45,380 nucleotides of DNA from Clostridia bacterium (GCA_045545475.1 JAZQAZ010000037.1:1-45380), one strand, 5' to 3'. Shown: positions 1 through 9,779, numbered from the stretch's first letter. The notes: a model not told the origin generated them from the letters alone. Numbers and translations: made by a program.

Positions 1-2
1 TT

Positions 3-317
3 GAGAAAGTCCCGGCAATAGAGGGAGATACCTATAAGGCTCTCTATAAGTACTTAAATATTCTTGAAAGCGAGTATGGGAAAGACAGAGACCTGGATAA
101 AGACGATGGCGGTTACGTTCTCTATGCGGAGAGAGGAACAAGCCTTGAAGAACTCGAAACATATTTTGACTATTCAAGATATCTTTTGGAGTTTGCGGAA
201 GGTAATGATAGTGGCGAAATAATAACCGCAGTCTACCTGCTTGGAAATGATTACGGAGTTGTCATAGTAATGCATAAGGAAGATGCTCCTGAAGAAATCT
301 TAAAGGAATTGGGGTGA
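3..317 (+). CDS. 5'-truncated hypothetical protein of mobile element
   Basis: Open frame from window edge to TGA at 315-317 (..ILESEYGKDRDLDKDDGGYVLY..GNDYGVVIVM..ELG*). Not in ORF track; next ORF starts 5 nt later. Confidence 0.75.
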   Translation, partial: EKVPAIEGDTYKALYKYLNILESEYGKDRDLDKDDGGYVLYAERGTSLEELETYFDYSRYLLEFAEGNDSGEIITAVYLLGNDYGVVIVMHKEDAPEEILKELG

Positions 318-321
318 TTTT

Positions 322-561
322 GTGGGATATACCTGGGATGAACTTTTTGAGCGTGCCATAGACCGTCCTTTTCTTTCTTCTGAACTTAAGGCAAAGGATA
401 ATGCAAGGTTTTTGCTCAGCGTATTAATACTTGAAGAAGAGGGTTATGACATTGAGGAATGCGAGTGTCCCGAGGACGAAATAGAAGCTTTCCAGGCTAA
501 AAGAAAAGAGCCTTTGCTTTTTGATGAAAACGGAAATTTTATAAATTTGAGAAAGGAATGA
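322..561 (+). CDS. Small acidic hypothetical protein
   Basis: 79 aa, E/D-rich, tightly packed in operon. Confidence 0.7.
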   Translation: MGYTWDELFERAIDRPFLSSELKAKDNARFLLSVLILEEEGYDIEECECPEDEIEAFQAKRKEPLLFDENGNFINLRKE

Positions 562-827
562 GGTTAATGTTTGGATTCCCGTCAGAAAAGATAGTCGAAG
601 AACTAAGGAAAGAATTCCCGGAAGGAACAAGAGTTGCCCTTGTGAAGATGGACGATCCCTATTCTAAGTTAGTCCCGGGAGACAAAGGAACCGTCAAGTA
701 TGTGGATGATGCAGGAACTATACACGTAAGATGGGATTGCGGTAGTAGCCTTGGAGTGGCATATGGAGAAGATGCTTGCAGAAAGCTTAACGAAAAAGAA
801 ATCGAGGAGGAGCAGAATGAGGTATAA
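558..827 (+). CDS. DUF4314 domain protein
   Basis: FPEGTRVALVKMDDPYSKLVPGDKGTVKYVDDAGTIHVRWDCGSSLGVAYGEDAC matches the DUF4314 pattern. Start may be ATG 567. Confidence 0.85.
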   Translation: MRLMFGFPSEKIVEELRKEFPEGTRVALVKMDDPYSKLVPGDKGTVKYVDDAGTIHVRWDCGSSLGVAYGEDACRKLNEKEIEEEQNEV

Positions 828-981
828 GGTAAAGATACGTGAGACACTTGAAAGGACAGTTGAAGTGAGCGCTAAAAACGAAGAGGATGCAATAGACAAA
901 ACAGAAATGCTGTACGATAAATGCAGTATAGTCTTAGACGCTGAAGACTTTGAAGAAGTAACATTTACGATTCAGGAATAA
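817..981 (+). CDS. DpnD/PcfM-like small protein
   Basis: ATG at 817 after GAGGAG; MRYKVKIRETLERTVEVSAKNEEDAI...IVLDAEDF (54 aa). Confidence 0.75.
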   Translation: MRYKVKIRETLERTVEVSAKNEEDAIDKTEMLYDKCSIVLDAEDFEEVTFTIQE

Positions 982-996
982 GAAAGGAAGATAAAG

Positions 997-1659
997 ATGA
1001 TAACTGAGAAAGATACTATAAAATGTGAGGCAATATTCAACGATGAACATACACACCGCTTTTTGTGGAGAAGAATGTGGGACAAGGACAAGCCCATGGC
1101 AACGGTAGTTATGCTTAATCCTTGCCATGCAGATAACGTCATAACCGATACAACGACAGCGCTTGTTGTGAACAATGTCGCAAGACTTGAAAAATATGGT
1201 GGAGTAAACATAGTTAACCTGTATTCGCTATTGACAAATAAGCTTAACTTCCGTTGGAACTCCGATGAAGACCTTAACGAGGAAGAAAATGATAGCTACA
1301 TAAAGAAAGCTGCGGAAGAAAGCGATGTAGTAATACTGGCATGGGGTAAAGGTGCCGACAGTAATCAAAGAATAACAGAAAGAGCCGTGGATGTGATAAA
1401 CCTTCTTAATCATCTTGAGGACAAGCTCTACATCATCAGTGATGGCCTGAGAAAGGGCTTGCATCCGCTGACACCTACGATAAGAAATGGGTGGACTCTT
1501 GAGCCGGCAAAGATACGCAAGGATATTAGAGAAAAGGGCGATAAGGAAGAAGGAAATGCTTCTGATTTTGTTGTGGTAGGAGAATGTATGGAAAACAAAG
1601 AAGATGATATCTCCGGGGATACCTCAGTAAATAATGAGGAAGAAAGCGTCCCTGCATAA
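997..1659 (+). CDS. DUF1643 domain protein
   Basis: HRFLWRRMWD..VVMLNP..D.T..NLYS..VILAWG..LHPL motifs; acidic C-terminal tail. Confidence 0.85.
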   Translation: MITEKDTIKCEAIFNDEHTHRFLWRRMWDKDKPMATVVMLNPCHADNVITDTTTALVVNNVARLEKYGGVNIVNLYSLLTNKLNFRWNSDEDLNEEENDSYIKKAAEESDVVILAWGKGADSNQRITERAVDVINLLNHLEDKLYIISDGLRKGLHPLTPTIRNGWTLEPAKIRKDIREKGDKEEGNASDFVVVGECMENKEDDISGDTSVNNEEESVPA

Positions 1660-1701
1660 GCAGGAACGCATAAAAAATAGGCTGGGAGGTGAGAAAAGCC
1701 T

Positions 1702-3249
1702 ATGATCCGTACAAATAACCGTGTAGCTCTCTATGCAAGATTCAGTTCTGACAATCAGCGCTCCGAGAGTATAGATGCACAAGTGCGTGCAATGAAAGCA
1801 TATTGTAAACAGCATAACTTTGTCATTGTCGATACTTATGTGGATGAAGCAAAGAGTGCAACGACAGATAAGCGACCGGCATTCCAGCAGATGATATCCG
1901 ACAGTGCCAATCACGGCTTTGACATTTTGCTTGTACATAAGCTTGACAGATTTGCCCGTAACAGATATGACTCTGCGGTATATAAAAGAGAACTAAAGAA
2001 GAATGGTGTGCAGGTTTACAGTGTTCTTGAAAACTTGGATGACAGTCCTGAAAGCATCATGATGGAAGCTGTATTAGAAGGCATGAGCGAATACTATAGT
2101 CAGAACCTTGCCAGAGAAACTATGAAGGGAATGCGAGAAACAGCCTTACAATGCAAGCATACAGGAGGAAAACCGCCTCTTGGATACGATGTGGATGAGG
2201 TCTCAAAGCGTCTTGTAATAAATCCTGAAGAGGCGGAAACGGTAAAAATCATCTTCGGGATGTACAGCGAAGGCTATGGATATTCTCCCATACTTGAGAG
2301 GCTGTGGAAAGAAGGAAGAAAAACAAAATGTGGTAAAGATTTTGCGAAAAACAGCCTTTACAGCATCTTGACTAACCCCAAATATCAAGGAATGTATGTA
2401 TTTAACAGAAGTTCTGCTAAAAGCATAGCCGGCACAAGAAATACTCATTCATATAAAGATGATGACGAAATAATCGCCATTGACGGTGGGTGCCCTGAGA
2501 TAGTATCTAAAGAGATATACGATAAAGTGCAAAAGAGAATTACGGAAAATAAACATACGGGAGGTAAACATAACGCTAAAAGAACATATCTTCTGTCAGG
2601 ACTTATCTATTGCAGGGAATGTGGCAAGGCAATGGTAGGTAATGCACACTATTCGGGAAGGAATAAGTCGCTTTATATTACCTACAAGTGCCCCTGTAAG
2701 AAATATATCTGCAGTAACAGGGAGATTAATAAGGAATATATTGAATCTTATGTCATACGATTGCTGGAAGATAAAATATTCAATGCGAGAGCTATAAAAC
2801 AAATATCAGATAAGATTGATAAAAGAGCAGAATATGTAGGAGACGAAAGAAGGGATAATGTATACGACAAGGAACTGGAAGAGGTTAAAGAAGCTTTGAA
2901 AAATGTAGCCGATGCCGTTGCTTCGGGACTGATGTCAGAAAGTCTTATAGCTAAGCTTAATGAGCTTGAAGGAAAGAAGGCGGAACTTGAGAAAAAGCTT
3001 GCTGAAGGAAGCGAGAGACGCGAATATTCAAAGATTGACACGGGACTTATACTTTCGGGATATGCAGAGGTGAAAGAGGCAAAAGCTTCTCCGCTTTACC
3101 GTACCTTTATATCGGAATTTATTGAAAGGATAAATGTGGGAAAGTATACGGTAAGTATAACCTTGAAGACCGGATTGGATATGTTTCCGGAACTAGATAC
3201 GACCATAGAAGTGAGAAGACAGGAGATATATGAAAGAAAAACGGCATAG
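1702..3249 (+). CDS. Large serine recombinase (resolvase + recombinase + Zn ribbon + coiled coil)
   Basis: YARFSSDNQ catalytic motif, HKLDRFARN, GGKPPLGY, LLSGLIYCRECG; GGAGG RBS. Confidence 0.95.
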   Translation: MIRTNNRVALYARFSSDNQRSESIDAQVRAMKAYCKQHNFVIVDTYVDEAKSATTDKRPAFQQMISDSANHGFDILLVHKLDRFARNRYDSAVYKRELKKNGVQVYSVLENLDDSPESIMMEAVLEGMSEYYSQNLARETMKGMRETALQCKHTGGKPPLGYDVDEVSKRLVINPEEAETVKIIFGMYSEGYGYSPILERLWKEGRKTKCGKDFAKNSLYSILTNPKYQGMYVFNRSSAKSIAGTRNTHSYKDDDEIIAIDGGCPEIVSKEIYDKVQKRITENKHTGGKHNAKRTYLLSGLIYCRECGKAMVGNAHYSGRNKSLYITYKCPCKKYICSNREINKEYIESYVIRLLEDKIFNARAIKQISDKIDKRAEYVGDERRDNVYDKELEEVKEALKNVADAVASGLMSESLIAKLNELEGKKAELEKKLAEGSERREYSKIDTGLILSGYAEVKEAKASPLYRTFISEFIERINVGKYTVSITLKTGLDMFPELDTTIEVRRQEIYERKTA

Positions 3250-3303
3250 GTATAACTGTATTTGAGAAAAAACTTCTTAAAAATGTAAGTGAGAGGTGAT
3301 GAG

Positions 3304-3573
3304 ATGAGAAAATTATTAGAACATATATGGTGCGATAACATATCTCCGCTTGAGAAGCAGATAAATGAGGACACTGAGGTAAAGTATCTGTCTGAATTAA
3401 CCGATGTTAACAGCGATAGATTGATAAAAACACTGTCAGAAGACCAGAAAAAACTCTTCCTTAGGTATGAAGAAAGCGTTGGAAGGATGAATTCTGAGAT
3501 AGAAAAGGCTACTTTTATCTACGCTTTTCGACTTGGAGCGATGCTGGCGATAGAGATTTTGACAGAAAAATGA
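3304..3573 (+). CDS. DUF6809-like small protein
   Basis: MRKLLEHIWCDNISP...TLSEDQKKLF...FIYAFRLGAMLAIEIL; GAGGTG RBS before ATG 3304. Confidence 0.7.
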   Translation: MRKLLEHIWCDNISPLEKQINEDTEVKYLSELTDVNSDRLIKTLSEDQKKLFLRYEESVGRMNSEIEKATFIYAFRLGAMLAIEILTEK

Positions 3574-3584
3574 AGTGAAAAAAA

Positions 3585-3628
3585 GAGGTCATGCGAGAGT
3601 TAATGAGCTCGCATGGCCTTCTTTTTTT
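3585..3628 (+). terminator. Rho-independent terminator
   Basis: gaggtcatgcgag...ctcgcatggcctt followed by a T run. Confidence 0.8.
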
Positions 3629-3910
3629 GTTTAGGAAGGTAAAATACTGCACAAATTTAATGCGCTTATAGGAAAATGATGTATACTTTAGAGTGCGATG
3701 GAATATTAGCGATTTGAGCCGGAAAGAGGATGAGAATGAATAAAACCCCTATGATGGGCAGGATATCCTTGGCCGTATGATATTTATAATGTTTTATCAA
3801 GGATATCCTTGGCGGATGACAAGATGAAGCTGAATTTTAATAAAAAACATAAAAAATAATCACTAATGAAAATTGAGGGCGAAAGACACTCGACCTCATT
3901 TAGTCAAGTA

Positions 3911-3957
3911 AAGACTGGCAGTTTTAACTATTGTAAACTGTCAGTTTTTCTTTTTTG
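3911..3957 (+). terminator. Terminator-like hairpin
   Basis: actggcagttt...aaactgtcagt followed by ttttcttttttt. Confidence 0.65.
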
Positions 3958-4044
3958 AAAAAAGTTTTTTTCAACAATCCATTATACCCTACCACGTTTG
4001 CACGAGCGTGTCAACAGGTAAGGTAATTATTAAAGAATGGAAGG

Positions 4045-4545
4045 TTGAAAAAAATGGAAAAAACAAAGAAGTCTTTTGGCAGAATAGCGAATGAGTCTAG
4101 TGTCCACAGTTATGAAGAGGAATCGTTGAGAAAAACAATCCCTTCGTACATCGACAATTGCCTGACAGCATTTGGAACATCTCTAAAAAAATTGCGTGAT
4201 TCAAGTGAAAGAGGACAGTATGAGAGATATGCTATAAACGAAAAATTAAGTGACTATCTTAAATCTGCTATGAGAAGAGAAAATGGAAAGAATAAAAGAA
4301 ATCGAAAAGGTGAAATAGACAAAAGTGTTGAAGGACCACTATATAATCCGCAAATACTTGGGGAAACGCTGCTTGTTGTCAAGAACTTCGTTCAAGAAAA
4401 TTTCTCAAGTGTAGAATGCAACGGTGAAGTGGAGCAAATAAACATGAAAATTTCCGAGATTGAAAGGAAATGTGATGAAATGATAGAGTCACTCAAAAAA
4501 ACAAAGAGCGTCTTAAAGGAAAATAAAATAACATTAAAAAAATGA
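4045..4545 (+). CDS. Hypothetical basic protein with C-terminal coiled coil
   Basis: 166-aa ORF with GGAAGG RBS; no recognisable family. Confidence 0.65.
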   Translation: MKKMEKTKKSFGRIANESSVHSYEEESLRKTIPSYIDNCLTAFGTSLKKLRDSSERGQYERYAINEKLSDYLKSAMRRENGKNKRNRKGEIDKSVEGPLYNPQILGETLLVVKNFVQENFSSVECNGEVEQINMKISEIERKCDEMIESLKKTKSVLKENKITLKK

Positions 4546-5069
4546 AATAAGAGAAAATAGGAAGCGAAATTAATATTTTTCTTCCTCGTGATAATAATGG
4601 CAGTATATGGTACAATGAAGATATAACGAAGAAATGCAATGAAGTCATTGCATTTTCTCCGAATACTCGCGAGTAGATGTGGAATTGCTCATCTGCAATT
4701 CAACATCCCATTTGACGACAGCTAACGGTGCGACATGCGCAGTCGTATTGTTGAATTTGTGAAGAGAGGTGATTTTTATGAGGGTTTTTGGGCTTTGTTG
4801 ACTTTACGGACAGCTACCTTTTTCCGTTATGCATCATGGAACGTATCAGCGCACATGAGGCTGGATACTCCGTGACGAATAAGTCGGGACAGGTTTTAGC
4901 AGAAGTTGAGGCAAACAATAGCAAGAAAGCTTTTATGCTGGAAGAATTCAATCCTTAGAAGGGAAATAGGAATATATTTCTGGCTATATTACATAAAGAA
5001 AAAAATAGAAAACTCCGTAAGCTCCTGCGGGAGCTCGCAGTTAAAATTATTAAAAAGGTGGTAATTGAA

Positions 5070-5459
5070 ATGGCAACAAGAAAAGAAAAAACTACAAAAT
5101 CCAGAACTGCAATCAGACCGGGAATATATGAGGCGATAGTCACTGCGTGCGGCTATGACGATTCATATGCAGGGGACGGTGCATTCAGTGTGACGTATGA
5201 GCTCACGAGCGGTAATGGTAAAAAAATTAAACATTCTGAGGTGTTCTTTGACAATGATTACAACGACCGTACATGGGAGTTTAAGGAACATCTTTATAAT
5301 CTTGGCATCACAGAAGAAAACCTCGAAGATTTCGTGGGTTGTAAAGAGCGCATCATAGTAAAAAAGATTGTAAGAAATAACCGCGCCCTTCCAGGTATCG
5401 TTGAAAGGGAATTTATCTCTTTCCCAGAGGGGGATACCGATGGATTGGCAGCTGAATAA
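5070..5459 (+). CDS. Putative ssDNA-binding protein (DUF669-like)
   Basis: PGIYEAIVT N-terminal motif, beta-rich, acidic tail; overlaps start of the helicase gene. Function is inferred. Confidence 0.5.
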   Translation: MATRKEKTTKSRTAIRPGIYEAIVTACGYDDSYAGDGAFSVTYELTSGNGKKIKHSEVFFDNDYNDRTWEFKEHLYNLGITEENLEDFVGCKERIIVKKIVRNNRALPGIVEREFISFPEGDTDGLAAE

Positions 5460-7140
5460 AAAGAGCCATCGTATCGAAGTGTATAATGAGGAAGAAAATG
5501 TGTATGCCGACTTTTGTGAGGAAATCGGAGTTCAGGAAGTTCGCAGCAATTTGTTGACGGGCAGAAAAACCGTTATTGGTTACGTGTATGACAAAGTAAC
5601 AGGTGAGGGATACATGGAACTGAAAAGAAGAGACATCTCAAAGGGCCTCCTGAAAAAGCTAGTTGACTACGGTCTAAGTGTTGTTGAAACCACTGATATG
5701 GAGGCAGACTTGATACAGATTATGATGGAGTGTGCCGAAGAGGCACCGCAGCATTACTACCACGATAAGTTGGGCTTCTGTAAAATCGGTAGAGAAACGG
5801 CATTTTTGGCTCATTATCCAATAGGCGTGAACGATTCCCTTAAGGCACGTTCGGAGTATATTTACGAAAAAACTAAGCCATTAGGAACATTTGCTTCTTG
5901 GAAAGAAGTAGTTAAGAATGAGGTCTTAGGTTACCCTTATATGGAACTTGCACTGGCTATCGGAGCTCTTGCTCCGGTAGCTCATGTGCTAAGGGAAAAA
6001 CGCGTAATCAGCGATATTCCTATTGTAGCTTTAATCGGCCCATCATCGAGAGGTAAAACAACTTCTTTGAAACTCATGGGTTCAATATGGGGAGCACCTG
6101 AAGAAAGTGGTGGCGTGGTAGAAGATTTTAATGCTACGCAGAACGCCTTCTTTGCACAAATGGGCAATGACTTCGGCTTTCCAACAATCGTAGATGACAC
6201 TTCGTCAGTTCCTGACTGGGATTTCACGCGCATTATATACAACCTTCCGAAAGGCAGAGAAAAGCGTCGATGTAATGGTGATGGTAGCGTTAAATTGACT
6301 GCCAAATACTCCGGCGCAATCATTTTTACAGGTGAAAACAGTATTTTCGAACAGACAAATGAAAACCTTGGGCTTTTAGCTCGTCTGTTGGAATTGAGCT
6401 TTCCATGGACTGATGATATGGAGCATTCCCAAAGAATTGACTATGGCTGTCGTTGGAATTATGGCACTGCTGTATATCCCCTTATGAAATGGGTGCTAGA
6501 AAATCAAGAAGTGCTTCCAACATGGTATAGGGAACAGTATGACTTATTAAACGAGATTATCGAAGATTTTCAACCTGAAACGACGGGTGTGGAATACCGT
6601 ATAATAAAAATTTATGCACAGATCCTTGTGGCAGCAGTTGTATTAAAGACATCGTTAAGTATTGATGTTGACGTTGACGATATGCGTGATTTACTTGTGG
6701 ACCACCATTATAAGAAGTATTGCGGCAAAGGTCCAGTAGAGGAAATTATCGCAAATATCAAGGAACAAATTTTAAATAACAACGATAAGTTCCACACTGA
6801 AGAAACAGCGGAGTTCGCAGGTAAAATCTGGGGATATAAGTCAGTATACAAGCACCAGAAAATACTTTGGGTTGCAGAGCCCTTCTACAATCAAATGCTT
6901 CAAAAAGCAAGAGTTAAAGACATAGAGAAGTGCAATAAACTGTTAGCTGAAGTGGAATTTTTACACAAAGACAAACAGAGGCATTACAAGTTTGTGAAGA
7001 GCATATCGGGTACGGATATGCCGTGCTATGGCATATTTATTGGCAAGGAACCCTTGGTAAAGAAAATCGTCAAGAAAAACGCAACCGTGTATGAATGCTC
7101 AGGATTATCATACACCAGGAGAGCCTTGATTGAAGATTAA
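5440..7140 (+). CDS. DUF927 domain ATPase / putative Cch-like replicative helicase
   Basis: HDKLGF, PLGTFASW, Walker A GPSSRGKTT, SIWG, NATQNA, Walker B IVDD, GREKRRCN, FTGE, GLLARLLE. ATG 5440 follows GAGGGGG. Confidence 0.85.
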   Translation: MDWQLNKKSHRIEVYNEEENVYADFCEEIGVQEVRSNLLTGRKTVIGYVYDKVTGEGYMELKRRDISKGLLKKLVDYGLSVVETTDMEADLIQIMMECAEEAPQHYYHDKLGFCKIGRETAFLAHYPIGVNDSLKARSEYIYEKTKPLGTFASWKEVVKNEVLGYPYMELALAIGALAPVAHVLREKRVISDIPIVALIGPSSRGKTTSLKLMGSIWGAPEESGGVVEDFNATQNAFFAQMGNDFGFPTIVDDTSSVPDWDFTRIIYNLPKGREKRRCNGDGSVKLTAKYSGAIIFTGENSIFEQTNENLGLLARLLELSFPWTDDMEHSQRIDYGCRWNYGTAVYPLMKWVLENQEVLPTWYREQYDLLNEIIEDFQPETTGVEYRIIKIYAQILVAAVVLKTSLSIDVDVDDMRDLLVDHHYKKYCGKGPVEEIIANIKEQILNNNDKFHTEETAEFAGKIWGYKSVYKHQKILWVAEPFYNQMLQKARVKDIEKCNKLLAEVEFLHKDKQRHYKFVKSISGTDMPCYGIFIGKEPLVKKIVKKNATVYECSGLSYTRRALIED

Positions 7141-7207
7141 AACTAAAAAAAAGCGGTAGGGCAAACCCTGCCTCTCGAAAATAAATTAATGAAATGAGGA
7201 ATTAACT

Positions 7208-7729
7208 ATGGTAAAAACAAGCAATATTTCAATCGCTGATGCAATATCAGAGGCAGAAGAATCAATGGCGGCTATGCCTGTTATAACAGGAACCACTCGC
7301 GTGGCGAATGGTATCTGTTCACTCAGTATAGTTAACAGTGAAACAAATGGTAAACGTATTAGCTTTAGTAAGGCTCTTAGTGCTAAACTTGATCTTAGCG
7401 ATAAGGTAAGTATTCTTCCTAACATAAAAACAGGAGAGCTTATTGTATCGAAGAAGATTAAGTCAGAAAAAGCATATCATGGAAAGTTAAGCGGTAAAGA
7501 TAAAAAACTTTGCTACAATGCAAGCATGGTTCAGTTGGTTACACAAGCTTTTGGTCTTGACTTCTCCGAACGTGTATCAAGATCCTTTTCGACAATAAGA
7601 TTTCTTGAAGACGGTGATGATGTGGTTGCATTTATAACTTTGAGTAAAGATACCGCACAAACAGAAGTGTACATAAAGAAATCCCCCGTTGATGGCATAT
7701 CGGAAGACGACGAAATAACTGAAGATTAA
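7208..7729 (+). CDS. Hypothetical protein with acidic tail
   Basis: 173 aa with GAGG RBS; SIVNSETNGKRISFSKAL motif. Confidence 0.75.
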   Translation: MVKTSNISIADAISEAEESMAAMPVITGTTRVANGICSLSIVNSETNGKRISFSKALSAKLDLSDKVSILPNIKTGELIVSKKIKSEKAYHGKLSGKDKKLCYNASMVQLVTQAFGLDFSERVSRSFSTIRFLEDGDDVVAFITLSKDTAQTEVYIKKSPVDGISEDDEITED

Positions 7730-7801
7730 ATAAATAAACCACCTCTGTCACTTTTGTGGCAGAGGTGGTAATGATAATGAAAGTGAAGGGAATAAAAGAT
7801 G

Positions 7802-7936
7802 ATGAAAACAGTCTTAATAACAAGAGGAGAGCTTAAAGCCGGAGCATATAAAAGGGCAAAAATCCGTAAGGTCGGAGAGAAAAAGGTCTCTCGAGATGTG
7901 GAAACATTGGCAGAAATCTTAAAGAAACTTATTTAA
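7802..7936 (+). CDS. 44-aa basic protein upstream of recombinase
   Basis: MKTVLITRGELKAGAYKRAKIRKVGEKKVSRDVETLAEILKKLI*, GAAGGGA upstream; below ORF-track cutoff. Confidence 0.5.
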   Translation: MKTVLITRGELKAGAYKRAKIRKVGEKKVSRDVETLAEILKKLI

Positions 7937-7985
7937 TAAATATAAGGAGGAGTGCAACTGCAGTCCTCCCGGAAAGGAGTTCATT

Positions 7986-9509
7986 ATGAGCACAAATAAC
8001 GTAGGCATATTCACAGAAGAGATTATTGTCAACGGAAGCAATACTAAAACTAAAGACGGTGAAGAGGTAAGGGTCGTTGGATATACCAGATATTCGTCTG
8101 ATAACCAGTCGGAAAATTCAACGTACTATCAGAGCAATGCCATCAAAAGCTACTGTAAAGCAAAGGGGTATAGGCTTATTAGAATGTACAGCGATACAGC
8201 AAAGACCGGTACCAACGGTAATCGTACAGAATTTCAAAATATGCTGAACGCTGCCGGAAATAATCCTCCTTGGACTAAGATAATAGTCTTTTCGTATAGC
8301 CGCTATTTCAGAAATACAGCCGGAGCTACGACTATTGAAGCAAAGCTTAACAGTCTCGGCATCGAGTTAGTAAGTATAACCCAAAACTTTGATAATACAC
8401 CTGAAGGCAGATTAATGAAGCGTATTACATATAATATGGATGAGTATTACAGCGACTGCGTTTCGTTACATACCCATTCCGGGATGAGTGGAAAGGCGGA
8501 GCAATGCTTTCATTGCGGAGGAATCCCGCCACTCGGCTATACAGTAAATGAGGATAAAAAGCTTGTCATCTGTGAAGAAGAGGCTGACATAGTAAGAGAG
8601 ATTTTTGACATGTATGAACAAGAATACTCCTATAAAAAGATGGCGGAAGTTCTTAATGCAAAAGGATATAAAACTAAAGCAGGAAAACCCTTTACCAAGC
8701 ATTCATTTTCGGCAATTCTTACGCAGGAAAAATACACCGGAGTCTTCGTGTGGAATAGGACCAAAAGAAAAGACGAGAATGGGAGGCGTAATTCTCATCG
8801 TTTTAAGCCTTTAGACGAGTACATAAGGGTTGAAAATGGCTGTCCTGCCATCATTTCTCCCGAACAGTTTGATAAGGTTCGTCAGAAGATGACGTCAAGA
8901 GTTCATGGTACTGCTAACTCTAAGTCTCGTCAGAACTATATGTTAAGCGGTCTTAAGCTTATGAAATGTGCCGAATGCGGGGCATACATGGTTGGAAATA
9001 CGGTACGTAGTCATGGTAGGAAATACACAGTATATTCTTGCCCTAACCACAAGGATAAAGGATGCCCTGTTAAAGACATTAAGACAGAGCAGATAGATAA
9101 GCTTGTAGCAGGAATGCTTGTACAGGACCTATTTAATAGGCAGGATATAGAAGATATAGAACGCCTTATGTCATCAGATAATGAAATCAATGCCATGAAA
9201 ATGAAGCTTTCCGGCTTAGAGAGAGCAAAGATAAACGTTGTTACAGCTATTGAAAACTGTTATGTTGAAGAACTCACGGAAGAACTTGAAAAGATTAAAT
9301 CTGAGGAAAAAGAATTAAGAAAAAAGATTGATAAAATTGAAAACAAGAAGACTATCCTTAAAGGAGAAGCCTTCCGTAAAATATGCAAAAAATTCGGTCG
9401 CTTACTTGTGACCTCTAACGATATAACGATAAAGAATTACTTGAAGAAATGCATAGAAGAAATACTCGTAGATAACGAAGGCGTACAGCTTACATTCTGC
9501 GAGGCATAA
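7986..9509 (+). CDS. Large serine recombinase (second)
   Basis: GYTRYSSDNQ, SRYFRN, GGIPPLGY, MLSGLKLMKCAECG Zn ribbon, coiled coil; AAGGAG RBS. Confidence 0.95.
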   Translation: MSTNNVGIFTEEIIVNGSNTKTKDGEEVRVVGYTRYSSDNQSENSTYYQSNAIKSYCKAKGYRLIRMYSDTAKTGTNGNRTEFQNMLNAAGNNPPWTKIIVFSYSRYFRNTAGATTIEAKLNSLGIELVSITQNFDNTPEGRLMKRITYNMDEYYSDCVSLHTHSGMSGKAEQCFHCGGIPPLGYTVNEDKKLVICEEEADIVREIFDMYEQEYSYKKMAEVLNAKGYKTKAGKPFTKHSFSAILTQEKYTGVFVWNRTKRKDENGRRNSHRFKPLDEYIRVENGCPAIISPEQFDKVRQKMTSRVHGTANSKSRQNYMLSGLKLMKCAECGAYMVGNTVRSHGRKYTVYSCPNHKDKGCPVKDIKTEQIDKLVAGMLVQDLFNRQDIEDIERLMSSDNEINAMKMKLSGLERAKINVVTAIENCYVEELTEELEKIKSEEKELRKKIDKIENKKTILKGEAFRKICKKFGRLLVTSNDITIKNYLKKCIEEILVDNEGVQLTFCEA

Positions 9510-9724
9510 TATAAAGGAGCCCTGCTATCATTGAAGATAACAGAGCTTTTTTCTTGGAACGTAATCTCCGAGCAAAAGGACATCGGGAGCATGAAGCCGG
9601 AAAATGCAAAAGGAAAGAAAGAAGAAAAAGATGACTCGCAAATGAAGGGGCATGCGAGGTCAAGTACTTTCATTTTCGAGCCATTTAAGGGTGTAGGGTA
9701 AATATGTCTTTTGTAGATAAATTA

Positions 9725-9779
9725 CGTATTTACGTGTAAAGTCAGGTATTACAAGGGATAACCGGCGTAAAAGAGACGT
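9725..9779 (+). repeat. ~55-bp conserved motif, copy 1
   Basis: cgtatttacgtgtaaagtcaggtattacaagggataaccggcgtaaaagagacgt; similar to 10401-10454 and 42487-42541. Confidence 0.75.

Noticed and set aside
3861-3905. Hammerhead ribozyme or c-di-GMP riboswitch (also considered for 17620-17760)
   Set aside because: Core consensus motifs (CUGANGA..GAAA with three stems; GGCAAA..GCAAA) are not satisfied.
4778-4957. Small gene after GAGGTG RBS
   Set aside because: The ATG frame stops after 7 codons and the alternative frame lacks a convincing start.
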